Virus record (IMG/VR): IMGVR_UViG_3300045988_064633
Location: 16,129-80,128 of that record
DNA length: 64,000 bases
DNA from: a virus
Direction: 5' to 3' (one strand)
Shown here: piece after piece, positions 1-8,287 of the stretch
Numbering within the stretch: position 1 is the stretch's first letter
Layout of the letters: each line of letters starts with the position of its first letter
Notes under the pieces: model-generated
Told to the model about the DNA's origin: nothing
Database searches by the model: none
The model's input: the letters and a program-made list of their open reading frames with translations, nothing else
Position numbers and translations under genes: made by a program

Positions 1-72
1 TGTTGTCGATTGACATGCTGTTAATCCAAACAGCATCATTGATAATAACGCAGCAAAAAATATTTTCTTCAT
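1..72 (-). CDS. Lipoprotein precursor, N-terminal 24 codons only (gene runs off left edge)
   Basis: Reverse ATG at 72 after GGGAGAG; translates MKKIFFAALLSMMLFGLTACQSTT, a signal peptide with lipobox L-T-A-C. Confidence 0.5.
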   Translation of the reverse strand, partial: MKKIFFAALLSMMLFGLTACQSTT

Positions 73-83
73 AAACTCTCCCT

Positions 84-263
84 TCATCTCACTGGAATCC
101 CTAACTGTTTATAAGTAAATATAGCTGTATGCTTTTTCCCGCATTTGTAGCAAGTTTCCGTAATGGTGCAAGTCTTTTCTTTATCGTCACATTTTGATTC
201 TGTATCTGAACTTTTGAACTTGCATCCACCTGTCAGAATACATTTAATCCGTTTTATGTTCAT
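84..263 (-). CDS. Small Cys-rich hypothetical protein
   Basis: ORF track 84..383; internal Met (MNIKRIKC...) chosen to limit overlap with upstream gene; several CxxC-like pairs. Confidence 0.3.
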   Translation of the reverse strand: MNIKRIKCILTGGCKFKSSDTESKCDDKEKTCTITETCYKCGKKHTAIFTYKQLGIPVR

Positions 264-765
264 CTGGTTTCTCCAAATAATTGATAATTTCATGTGCGAT
301 ATGTGCCAATTCCATTCTGGTATGTCGCTCGAAAAATTCATCAAAGTCAATTTTGAATACTGAATCAAATTTCTGTGATTCATTGATTCTTTTTATAGTT
401 TTATCAAGTTTTGTTTCTGGATAAGGCGGGTTTATATAACAAGTCAAAGGATTATTTTTATTATGTACCTCCGAATCGCATATAACCGAATACCATTCAA
501 CAGCAGTTCTTTCTCCTGCGTCTTTTTGAATTAGAATATTTGAAAGTCCTCCAATATAACATTTTATGACCATATCATCATTTTTTATTTTTACTAAATA
601 TTCCTTTTGGAATTCAAATGCAGTGTACTCAGTATAAAATTTTAAAACGGTCTTTGTAATGGGAGGATAAGATGTAAGGAGAATTTCCTCAATATCAATC
701 TGCGCATATGTTTCTATTCCAAGTTCGATGATCTCAATCGGAATCCTTTTAACCACAATTCTCAT
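244..765 (-). CDS. Hypothetical phage protein
   Basis: 173-aa ORF on the operon strand, tightly packed; no family recognised. Confidence 0.5.
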   Translation of the reverse strand: MRIVVKRIPIEIIELGIETYAQIDIEEILLTSYPPITKTVLKFYTEYTAFEFQKEYLVKIKNDDMVIKCYIGGLSNILIQKDAGERTAVEWYSVICDSEVHNKNNPLTCYINPPYPETKLDKTIKRINESQKFDSVFKIDFDEFFERHTRMELAHIAHEIINYLEKPDEHKTD

Positions 766-789
766 ACATTCACCTCGAATAAATTTACA

Positions 790-1425
790 TTATTTTCTAA
801 ACCACCAAATATGTTTATCAAGAATATCTGCTTTTACATCATCATCAACATAACATTCACACTCCTCACCTGCAAATTCTGCCGGTGTTGTAAATTGTGG
901 TATTCCATCTGGTTCCAATATGACACACGCCTGTCCAGAAATATAGCTTGTTACAACGGCTGGTTCGCTACGCCACCAAACTTTTCTTCCGATAACATTT
1001 TTATCAAAATCAATTTCATTCAAATTCATTGGGTGATCCAAAAAATCATTGATCATGCACTTCGCACGTTCAATACTGCCTCTTACATCACAGAATTTTT
1101 CACCGTTTCTGGTTATAAACACGTTTCCGATTGTTCCAGCTTCAAATTCACCGTGTTTGTATCTTGCATGATTATAAGGTGCATAATTTATGCCCCAACA
1201 TACAGGCTCTCCATCGAATTGAATCAGATTCTCACAACTCGGTTTTTCATTTCTTGGATAAGCCCATAAATTGTTATTTCCGTACTTCCCACCAATTGTA
1301 TGTATATAGTCTTCTATCAAAACAACAAAATAGGGTTTTTCATTAATTACAGTATCCCAATTCATTTGACGCATTTTTAATTTGGAAATGTCTGTATCTC
1401 TATCAATTAGCCTAATACTCTGCAT
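790..1425 (-). CDS. Hypothetical phage protein
   Basis: 211-aa ORF on the operon strand; no family recognised. Confidence 0.55.
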   Translation of the reverse strand: MQSIRLIDRDTDISKLKMRQMNWDTVINEKPYFVVLIEDYIHTIGGKYGNNNLWAYPRNEKPSCENLIQFDGEPVCWGINYAPYNHARYKHGEFEAGTIGNVFITRNGEKFCDVRGSIERAKCMINDFLDHPMNLNEIDFDKNVIGRKVWWRSEPAVVTSYISGQACVILEPDGIPQFTTPAEFAGEECECYVDDDVKADILDKHIWWFRK

Positions 1426-1444
1426 TTAATACTTCCTCCAAGTT

Positions 1445-1678
1445 TCATACATTCACCTCGAACTCTTTCTTGCAGTTGCTACCCTTGCACTTCAATTTAA
1501 GATGCTGAATTTTCGTCTCCGGACTAATCAGAAGTGCTTTCTTCTCGCAAAAAGGACAACAAGCGTAGTCTTTCCCGTTGACATTTTTAATTAATGCCCG
1601 TCCGTCCCACGGTTCCGGTGGATTCATTACCTGAGAAAAATCTATCCCCTCAGATTCAAATGCTGATTTAATGCTCAT
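1445..1678 (-). CDS. Small zinc-ribbon protein (Com-like Cys layout)
   Basis: CCPFC...KLKCKGSNCKKEFEV two-knuckle pattern; 4-nt overlap with upstream ORF. Confidence 0.45.
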   Translation of the reverse strand: MSIKSAFESEGIDFSQVMNPPEPWDGRALIKNVNGKDYACCPFCEKKALLISPETKIQHLKLKCKGSNCKKEFEVNV

Positions 1679-1974
1679 CTATATTTTCTTACTCCTTTTC
1701 GTCCTGCAACTCTGCGTATCATCGGAATTCCATGATTTTTTCTAAAATTATTTCGATTTATTTTATCCGGTGCAAATATTGTCCAGAATAATCTTTTCTT
1801 AGTATTTGAATTCATTTTAAAATTTATAGTGAATGATTCGTATTCACTGAAATTCGGTAAATCGTCATTATAATCAGGTGGTATGTGTTCTGGAACGTTT
1901 GCTATTTCGGTAATCGGACAGTACTCACCATCTGGCTTTTTAAGAAAGTACTGTTTTTCGTCTTTTTCGCCCAT
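1675..1974 (-). CDS. Hypothetical protein
   Basis: 99-aa ORF, abuts neighbours on the same strand. Confidence 0.45.
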   Translation of the reverse strand: MGEKDEKQYFLKKPDGEYCPITEIANVPEHIPPDYNDDLPNFSEYESFTINFKMNSNTKKRLFWTIFAPDKINRNNFRKNHGIPMIRRVAGRKGVRKYR

Positions 1975-1975
1975 A

Positions 1976-2302
1976 TCAACTCACCCCATGAATCTTTCTA
2001 AGATTTGCATATCGGTCAACCATTACGTCCAATGCAGTCTGAAGCTGATTGATTGTGATGCAATCGGACTGATGCCGTTCGTCATACCATTTTGTGTCTG
2101 GTATTGAATCAAAAATAGCTTTTGGTTTTTCTTTCATAGAATCAATATACAATGTCATTTCGTCTATGGATTTATCCATTTCTGCGATTTTTTCTTTCAA
2201 ATCCAAAATTTCATGTTGCTTTGATTCTCTCTCATCAGCCAAACGAACAACTTCTTCTTTCAACTGATCTACTGTCCATGTTGCCATGTCTTCAATTCTC
2301 AT
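1976..2302 (-). CDS. Hypothetical coiled-coil protein
   Basis: 108-aa ORF rich in E/K heptad-like sequence. Confidence 0.5.
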   Translation of the reverse strand: MRIEDMATWTVDQLKEEVVRLADERESKQHEILDLKEKIAEMDKSIDEMTLYIDSMKEKPKAIFDSIPDTKWYDERHQSDCITINQLQTALDVMVDRYANLRKIHGVS

Positions 2303-2385
2303 AACTGCCTCCCTTAGATTTTGGTAAACGTTTCCATATCATAGTTATCTCGAATATAATCCACGCATTCAGACAGTTTCTTTTT

Positions 2386-2553
2386 TTAAAATTGATCTTT
2401 TGCAATATCTGGATGCAAGGTATATAACATACAACTGTTTTCTTTTCCGTCTTTCTGAAACTTCTTCCAGTCAAAAGTCATTGTGAACAATGGAATCCTC
2501 GTGAGATTTTTTGTCTTGTGTCTTATATAGAGATTGCAGAGTTTCTTAATCAT
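2386..2553 (-). CDS. Hypothetical small protein
   Basis: ORF 2386..2580 trimmed to Met preceded by TAGGAGAA; fills an otherwise empty gap. Confidence 0.35.
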   Translation of the reverse strand: MIKKLCNLYIRHKTKNLTRIPLFTMTFDWKKFQKDGKENSCMLYTLHPDIAKDQF

Positions 2554-2564
2554 GGCATCTTCTC

Positions 2565-2774
2565 CTATCTTGTAGACCACGTAACTATTTTATTCTTGCA
2601 CTGTGGGCATATGATATATTTCTGCTTACGTCCACGTCCAGATGGCATATTTGTAGAAAACATTTTTTCTATGCATTCTTCTTTAACATCTTCTTTTTCA
2701 TCGTATTGCAACACTGCTCCGCATTTTCCGCAATTTATTCTTTTTAATGTTCCAGGAACTAAAATTTTAATCAT
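2565..2774 (-). CDS. Zinc-ribbon protein
   Basis: CGKCG ... CPQC pairs in 69 aa. Confidence 0.5.
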   Translation of the reverse strand: MIKILVPGTLKRINCGKCGAVLQYDEKEDVKEECIEKMFSTNMPSGRGRKQKYIICPQCKNKIVTWSTR

Positions 2775-2780
2775 TTTATA

Positions 2781-3065
2781 TCACCACATTCCTCTATTAG
2801 TGCTTGACTCTCCAAGAAAGTTAGGTTGACAATCTTTTTTATCAAGTAATGTGGCCTTTGCGTTATAAATCGTCTTAATCCTATCAGATTCGAGACAAAA
2901 TTCACTATTAAATTCAGTTTTGCAGTTTGTACAAATCCATTCTGCATCAGTTCTCAAACCTGCAGCATCTACGTCGCCGCCAAAGATATCCACTCCTGTA
3001 TTGATTACCGTTCCTCCACAAAGTGGACATTTACGTTTATCTCGTAACAATAAATCATTTTCCAT
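2781..3065 (-). CDS. Zinc-ribbon protein
   Basis: CPLCGG ... CTNC pairs in 94 aa. Confidence 0.5.
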   Translation of the reverse strand: MENDLLLRDKRKCPLCGGTVINTGVDIFGGDVDAAGLRTDAEWICTNCKTEFNSEFCLESDRIKTIYNAKATLLDKKDCQPNFLGESSTNRGMW

Positions 3066-3069
3066 AATC

Positions 3070-3231
3070 TCATTTCTCCCTGTCTTCCCTATGTTTCATC
3101 TGGCACTCAATCATCTTCGCTACATTCTCACGTTCCTGTTTTATTCCATGTCCTTGACGGAACAACTCGCATTCGAGAATATTTCCGCACTTGGAACATT
3201 CATCGTTGATTTCTTTGCCCATTATCTTCAT
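3070..3231 (-). CDS. Small Cys-containing protein
   Basis: ORF 3070..3303 trimmed to internal Met MKIMGKEINDECSKCG to reduce overlap. Confidence 0.35.
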   Translation of the reverse strand: MKIMGKEINDECSKCGNILECELFRQGHGIKQERENVAKMIECQMKHREDREK

Positions 3232-3367
3232 CTTTAATTTCTTCCCAACATTCACAGCTATCATCAAGACATCTAAAATCTGCGCAATGCTCACTGTCAC
3301 CATTACAGCAAACGCCTTCGTATGTCGCGTACCATTTACATGTACAACAATAATCTTTTTCTTCCAT
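3200..3367 (-). CDS. Small Cys-rich protein
   Basis: ORF 3200..3400 trimmed to MEEKDYCC... Met preceded by GAGAGGTGG; 11 Cys in 55 aa. Confidence 0.4.
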   Translation of the reverse strand: MEEKDYCCTCKWYATYEGVCCNGDSEHCADFRCLDDSCECWEEIKDEDNGQRNQR

Positions 3368-3380
3368 AAGCCACCTCTCT

Positions 3381-3442
3381 AAACAAAAATTCCAGCACAC
3401 GGACTTGAACCGTAACTAGCCACCCAACGTGGAGTGCTGGAA
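3381..3442 (-). terminator. Long hairpin plus T-run closing the tRNA island (contains a tRNA T-arm-like motif)
   Basis: 9-bp stem TTCCAGCAC/GTGCTGGAA (3390-3398 with 3434-3442) followed on the minus strand by TTTTTGTTT; interior has ACGG-TTCAAGT-CCGT. Confidence 0.4.
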
Positions 3443-3509
3443 ACCATTCATAGAAAGGTAAGTATAAAATGAATAAATTCACACTTCCAGTGATGGCACT
3501 TCACTGGAA

Positions 3510-3581
3510 TCGGAAAGGCAGGAATCGAACCTGCGACACATAGCTTACAAGGCCATTGCTCTGCCACTGAGCTACATTCCA
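3510..3581 (-). tRNA. tRNA-Thr (anticodon UGU)
   Basis: Manual cloverleaf, 72 nt. Acceptor TGGAATG/CTTTCCG has one U-U mismatch. D stem GCTC/GAGC, anticodon loop CTTGTAA, T arm GCAGG-TTCGATT-CCTGC. Confidence 0.75.
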
Positions 3582-3699
3582 TCATGCTTTTCGGTCCAGA
3601 CACCAGACAACAGGATAAGCAATAACCTTTTCTCATGAGATAAATTCAGCCGAATCATAGACCGCCTGTATACAGACAGCATAATTCCGACCAAATTAA

Positions 3700-3771
3700 T
3701 TGCAGGAGACGGATTTGAACCGCCGTTCTCAAGGATATGAACCTTGCGAGATTCCGCTTCTCTATCCTGCC
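3700..3771 (-). tRNA. tRNA with CAU anticodon (Met or lysidine-Ile2)
   Basis: 72-nt cloverleaf. Acceptor GGCAGGA/TCCTGCA has a G1-A72 mismatch. D stem GAGA/TCTC, anticodon arm CAAGG-TTCATAT-CCTTG, T arm GGCGG-TTCAAAT-CCGTC. Confidence 0.75.
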
Positions 3772-3871
3772 TTGTGTGGATTTTCAGCGTATTTGTACCG
3801 GCAATCCACAAGCCGACTGTTTCTTACATCTCGGACAGCTTCCTCATATCCAATATTTACAGATTGGATAA

Positions 3872-3942
3872 TGGGAGAATGCGGAGTTGAACCGCCATGG
3901 TACTGTTAATCAGCCCTCTGCCCCTTATGGTATTATTCCCCC
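3872..3942 (-). tRNA. Degenerate tRNA-like element (anticodon position would read UUA)
   Basis: Good acceptor GGGGGAA/TTCTCCC and T arm GCGG-TTCAACT-CCGC. The D arm is weak and the anticodon stem is mismatched. Loop is GATTAAC with A at position 33. Confidence 0.35.
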
Positions 3943-4301
3943 AGAACCCGGAGATTGTTCCGGGTTAGCAATGATTTTTTCGTGTTATGCTTTCCACTAG
4001 GCAATTTTTCATAACTTGGACTATCGTATTTTTGCCAACCTGACGGCTTTTTGGTAACCGTGGTATGCTCCACGGAGTTGTTTCGGATATTATTATGCCT
4101 TTTGACTTTATGCTTCTTGAAAACTCCCTGCCATCAACGTGCACTTATGATGACTTATTGAAACTAAGAAACATTTATCGGACGGGAAATCAGATCAAGC
4201 ACAAGCCTATGCCGTTACATACCTTTGCTCATTCTGATTCACACACGCTCATCCGAAAGTTTTTTCTGCCCATAAAACGGATGGGTAGCATACGGAAGAA
4301 A

Positions 4302-4374
4302 TGGAAATTCTGAGATTCGAACTCAGGGCTTCCCGGTTATGAGCCGGGCGTTCTAACCGCTGAACTAAATTTCC
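4302..4374 (-). tRNA. tRNA with CAU anticodon (Met or lysidine-Ile2)
   Basis: Canonical 73-nt cloverleaf: GGAAATT/AATTTCC, D GTTC-AGCGGTTA-GAAC, anticodon arm CCCGG-CTCATAA-CCGGG, T arm CTGAG-TTCGAAT-CTCAG. Confidence 0.85.
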
Positions 4375-4608
4375 TGAGTAGAAGCAGTCTCCCGGATTGC
4401 AGATTTTGAGTTGATTTGCTTCTACTGTTGCGGTTCTTTGCCACCAGCCGCAACAAAGGTCATGGCTAAATAGAGTACCTCGTTTTTACGAGGATTCCCA
4501 TCCGGGACATTTGAATCCCCTTTAATCAGCTCCGTTGAGCTAGATGGGTTTTCGTCGGAGGGTCTATGTAAAATAAACCATTGCCAGGTACATGCGCAGC
4601 CCGGCAAA

Positions 4609-4680
4609 CTGGGCTAGCGGGATTCGAACCCGCACATGACGGAATCAAAGTCCGTTACCTTACCTTTTGGCGATAGCCCT
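4609..4680 (-). tRNA. tRNA-Gln (anticodon UUG)
   Basis: 72 nt with Gln-type 3-bp D stem GCC/GGT. Anticodon arm ACGGA-CTTTGAT-TCCGT, T arm GCGGG-TTCGAAT-CCCGC, unpaired 1-72 as in bacterial tRNA-Gln. Confidence 0.8.
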
Positions 4681-5131
4681 AGAATCTTTCTCCCACTCCG
4701 CACCATTACAAAAGCAGGAGAAAGAATTGAGTGTGTGATAATATTTTTATTATGTGCTCTACAATTGCAACACAACTTATGTGGAGAATTCAGCATTTAA
4801 ATAACTAAGTTGTTCTCTTTTTTGTAGAGTCATATTTGCTAAATCGGATGTCTCGATCGTTTGCTTGCATACCGCTCCACTACCGGACAAGCGTATCCTT
4901 TCGGTTTAATTATAGGTTTAACCCGTTCTATGATAAAAAACGGAATAATCCTCATAGGAATTGCAATCAGCATGTATTTACCTCGCAGTGCAAATCAAAA
5001 CTGTATTAAGTATCATTCCTGCTTCCATCAGCAAGAAGAATGCTGTGGAAAATTGATTGCCTTTGTAATTCCGGCTCATTAAAAATGCAGCTGAATATTA
5101 ATTGCTACTGCGATAATGGTTAATGGTAATC

Positions 5132-5515
5132 TCATTGTTCCTCTCCAATCATGAAATTAAGTATCTTCTCTGCGATTTCTTCTTCCGGCTCAAATGGTAA
5201 TCCACAGTAATTGTAATGCTCTAAGGCCGATTTTAGGCTTGCTTTGAAGCCGTGGTAAATTTCCCCGTGTTGTAACAGTTCGTGCCTTAAAACTGAAATT
5301 GCATCAGTAATTGATTGAGAAGTAAAACTAATTTGTGCCAAGCACTCCACTTCAATATCCGGTTCTGCCATCATCTCGAATACAAATGTCGGAACCTCGT
5401 CAACAGCAACATGGAAATCAACAGACTTTACTCTTGGAACTTTATTCCCATCAATAAAACACTGCGTCCCTCTCCAATCATACGAGTTAGGGTTCACAAT
5501 TTTCACAACAGGCAT
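5132..5515 (-). CDS. Hypothetical protein
   Basis: 127-aa ORF on operon strand. Confidence 0.5.
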   Translation of the reverse strand: MPVVKIVNPNSYDWRGTQCFIDGNKVPRVKSVDFHVAVDEVPTFVFEMMAEPDIEVECLAQISFTSQSITDAISVLRHELLQHGEIYHGFKASLKSALEHYNYCGLPFEPEEEIAEKILNFMIGEEQ

Positions 5516-5846
5516 CTTTAAATCCCCTTTCCTGTGCTTTGCAATACGTCAGAAGATGTTCTGCAATCTCTCTGAGCTGATTTGTATCGTATTTCGGGCA
5601 AGTTAATGGTTCTTTATCCCCTAAGTCAACACTTACTTCGGCATTAATCAGCATCGTTGCTACATCAATCGGTTTATCTGGAAGCATTAAATCGTCCTGG
5701 TTCTTATGTACTCCCATAAAAAGCTCGATTCCATCCGCTTTCATTAGCATGTAATCGTGAACTTTATCGAAGTCCGGTGCTTCCTCTGTAATAACTGCTT
5801 TTCCGTTTTCTACGTACACATAATAAACTTTCTTGTTACTATTCAT
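5487..5846 (-). CDS. Hypothetical protein
   Basis: 119-aa ORF, overlaps both neighbours by a few codons. Confidence 0.5.
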   Translation of the reverse strand: MNSNKKVYYVYVENGKAVITEEAPDFDKVHDYMLMKADGIELFMGVHKNQDDLMLPDKPIDVATMLINAEVSVDLGDKEPLTCPKYDTNQLREIAEHLLTYCKAQERGFKDACCENCEP

Positions 5847-6286
5847 GCTTCCTCTACCTCCCCAAAATATTTCTTGTACAATTCATAATCGTTTTTGCCA
5901 ATCAGATCTTTGACCCTGTATTTTTTTTCCATTCGAAGATTGCTATACACAAAAATTGTTTTAGTAACCTGTATGCGGCATTCGCCAACATCAGTTATTC
6001 CACTTTCAGTTTCGATTCTCTCTTCAGCTGAGAACCAATGCCTATTCGGAGTTAAGAAATAAACCCTTTGCGTGCTTACTCCAAACGAGATATATTCCAA
6101 GCTTGATTCGTCCGCAAAAATCCTTTTTGCCGTTTCTGTATCGTACAGTCTTCCGTCCTCCAGAACAGCTTTCTTATGATGATACTCATATACCTTGTCA
6201 TGCATTAAAGGTTTTTCAAGCGGATGCACGTCAAATTCTCCAGAAAAGCCTTTTTTATATTTAAAAAAATTTTTGAATATCGACAT
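5843..6286 (-). CDS. Hypothetical protein
   Basis: ORF 5843..6325 trimmed to MSIFKNFF Met preceded by GGAAGAGGTAGG. Confidence 0.5.
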   Translation of the reverse strand: MSIFKNFFKYKKGFSGEFDVHPLEKPLMHDKVYEYHHKKAVLEDGRLYDTETAKRIFADESSLEYISFGVSTQRVYFLTPNRHWFSAEERIETESGITDVGECRIQVTKTIFVYSNLRMEKKYRVKDLIGKNDYELYKKYFGEVEEA

Positions 6287-6290
6287 TTGC

Positions 6291-6446
6291 CTACCTCTTC
6301 CGAAAATATTCTGCCAGGGCTTCACGAGTGACCTGTGATACGCTCTTGCCGGTTCGGTTCTTCTCAGCTATGAGTTTTCGTTCTAGCTGGTACGGCAACC
6401 GGATGCGGATGGATTCGCCTTCGGGATTGTATTTCATTTTCTTCAT
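6291..6446 (-). CDS. Ribbon-helix-helix (CopG/Arc-like) small DNA-binding protein
   Basis: 51-aa ORF below the track cutoff: MKKMKYNPEGESIRIRLPYQLERKLIAEKNRTGKSVSQVTREALAEYFRKR. Beta-strand then two helices; abuts the stop of the upstream gene. Confidence 0.45.
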   Translation of the reverse strand: MKKMKYNPEGESIRIRLPYQLERKLIAEKNRTGKSVSQVTREALAEYFRKR

Positions 6447-7192
6447 ACTGGAATAGCTCCCTGTCCTTGCAGAAGTAATCGAAATGTTTCTTTGCCTTTG
6501 ACGGTAATATATATCTGAACATTTGAGTATCCGAAAGGCGTTGAAAAATCTTTCATCTGAAACAGACCAGATTTTCTGTGCTGTTCATAAGGCTTTAACA
6601 TTTTCTGTTTATCACGATGAATGTATTTGTTGTCTATTAGCCATTGCGTGAATGATTTAGGAGACATATGAAACTCTTTAGCTGTATCGCGGAACGTTGT
6701 AAGTAATTTACTATCTACAAGGCTATCGAAATAATCCGCTTTAGGTTTCTGCTCTCTTACTTTCTGCTCAAGCAGCTGTTTTTCTCGTTGTTCTTCAATC
6801 CATCTCTCAGCACGTTTAATCGGATCGCTAATCTGGTAGGAATCAATTTTCTGTCCAACTTCGTATTTTCCTGTTTTTCGAATAGAGGGAAGAACCTCAG
6901 CTGTTACCCAATGTTTGAAGTCTTTTGCTTTTTCAAGCTTGCTACAAAAAATCAGCGAATAAAGCCCGGATTCATTAATTGCAATGATATTTCTTGTTTG
7001 ATTCCCGTCATAGAATGGAACTTCTGCTTTGTCTTCTTTTTCTACATGTCTTTGAATATCTCGACTACCATTTTGGTACCCGAGGGCTGTCGCTACATCT
7101 ATACCAACAAACCATGGATCACCGTCTATTGTTACTGTTCTTACATTTCCAAATTCTGGGTTGCTAAAAATCATCATTCTATTCATTCTCAT
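6443..7192 (-). CDS. Phage antirepressor, Bro-N domain plus KilAC-type C-terminal domain
   Basis: N-terminus FSNPEFGNVRTVTIDGDPWFVGIDVATALGY matches the Bro-N pattern; C-terminal FHMSPKSFTQWLIDNKYI... resembles KilAC. Confidence 0.75.
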   Translation of the reverse strand: MRMNRMMIFSNPEFGNVRTVTIDGDPWFVGIDVATALGYQNGSRDIQRHVEKEDKAEVPFYDGNQTRNIIAINESGLYSLIFCSKLEKAKDFKHWVTAEVLPSIRKTGKYEVGQKIDSYQISDPIKRAERWIEEQREKQLLEQKVREQKPKADYFDSLVDSKLLTTFRDTAKEFHMSPKSFTQWLIDNKYIHRDKQKMLKPYEQHRKSGLFQMKDFSTPFGYSNVQIYITVKGKETFRLLLQGQGAIPV

Positions 7193-7678
7193 ACCTGCCT
7201 TTCTTGGTATTGCCTTATTTTTCTGGCAGAGAAACCGTTAAGGCTTACGGCTTGTCGTGTTGCAATCACTATCTCTGCCATGTTGAGGGATTGTTGTTAA
7301 AAGAGCGTTTTTTAAATTTTGGGGCGGTCGGTGCACTCATTAGGCCGTTCGGGGCATCCATATACACCCCCTCCCGGGTCTGTTCCTGGTGACGCTGACC
7401 GGGCAACCCTTTGCCCCATGGGTTCCCGTTGTCCCGGTCTTAACGCTGTTTTTCGGATGCCTTCGGCAGTGATCAAGGAAGCATCAAAGCCTTTAATACT
7501 CAATCTATACGACAAACACAGATTTGTTCGATAGATTACCTTGATTTTCTATACATCATGCACGAATTCAACTGTTATATATGTGCATATTTACTAAATG
7601 TTGCCAAGTCTACCGCTTTTCGGTCTGTTTGTTCGTGCTCTGCGTACATTTCAACGATCTTGTGTACATTCCACTCTG

Positions 7679-8287
7679 TTATAACTCCGGCTTTTCCATC
7701 TCTGGAAGCTCCAGAACATTCTTGTACTTGTCTGCGATCTGCTGCGCTGTCTGTTGCGGTATGCCCTGCTGCTGTCCTGCTGGAATTGGTGCCGTTTCCG
7801 CCATGCCATAAGCAACTTTGCAGGCAAATATCAAGTTGGCATTCGTGCCGTCCTGGTTGTGTAGCTTATCCAACGCAAAGGATCCACATGTTTCTTTCCA
7901 TTTTTTCACCGTTATGCCATGCGTTGAGGCGGTTCTGTAGTCTCCGTTCGCCCAATCGCTAAACGTCATATTGTTAATTCCAACCAATATTCCAAACATT
8001 TGTAAAGTAGGTGATATACCATATCTACCACATACACGTATATATATATTAAATATACTGTCTAATAGTTCTATGTCATTATTGCTTGGTTTTTCAATAT
8101 GATCAGCAATATAAAAAAACATATCAATACGATTATTAGCTATATCTTTCTTATACTTTTCTATACTGTCATAATCTTCTTGATGTATGCACAATACAGT
8201 GTTTATATATTCATCTACCAATAACCATATTTTGTTTTCATATACTTCTATATTTTGGGATGTTGTTATAGTATTTGAATTTTTCAC
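7679..8287 (-). CDS. Terminase small subunit-like protein
   Basis: GTG start after AAGTGAGGCG; HTH-like GISPTLQMFGILVGINNMTFSDWANG and C-terminal NLIFACKVAYGMAE recall Terminase_2-type TerS. No terL in window. Confidence 0.5.
   Translation of the reverse strand: MKNSNTITTSQNIEVYENKIWLLVDEYINTVLCIHQEDYDSIEKYKKDIANNRIDMFFYIADHIEKPSNNDIELLDSIFNIYIRVCGRYGISPTLQMFGILVGINNMTFSDWANGDYRTASTHGITVKKWKETCGSFALDKLHNQDGTNANLIFACKVAYGMAETAPIPAGQQQGIPQQTAQQIADKYKNVLELPEMEKPEL

Noticed and set aside
3390-3442. A 53-nt mini tRNA-like fold: perfect 7-9-bp acceptor-like stem, T arm TACGG-TTCAAGT-CCGTG and only one small internal hairpin.
   Set aside because: It lacks both a D arm and a proper anticodon arm. 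It is followed by a T-run at the end of the tRNA cluster, so a terminator (possibly tRNA-derived) is the more economical reading.
3448-4796. Track ORFs across the tRNA island: 3448..3636, 3572..3811, 3700..3909, 4065..4313, 4422..4607, 4614..4796.
   Set aside because: They overlap tRNA genes or hairpin-dense spacers, have no RBS and have implausible sequences.
7204-7962. ORFs 7204..7392, 7312..7515, 7319..7534, 7558..7962 and 7581..7811.
   Set aside because: The first three are Pro/Gly/Arg-rich readings of a GC-rich island on both strands. The last two are antisense to the terS-like gene.
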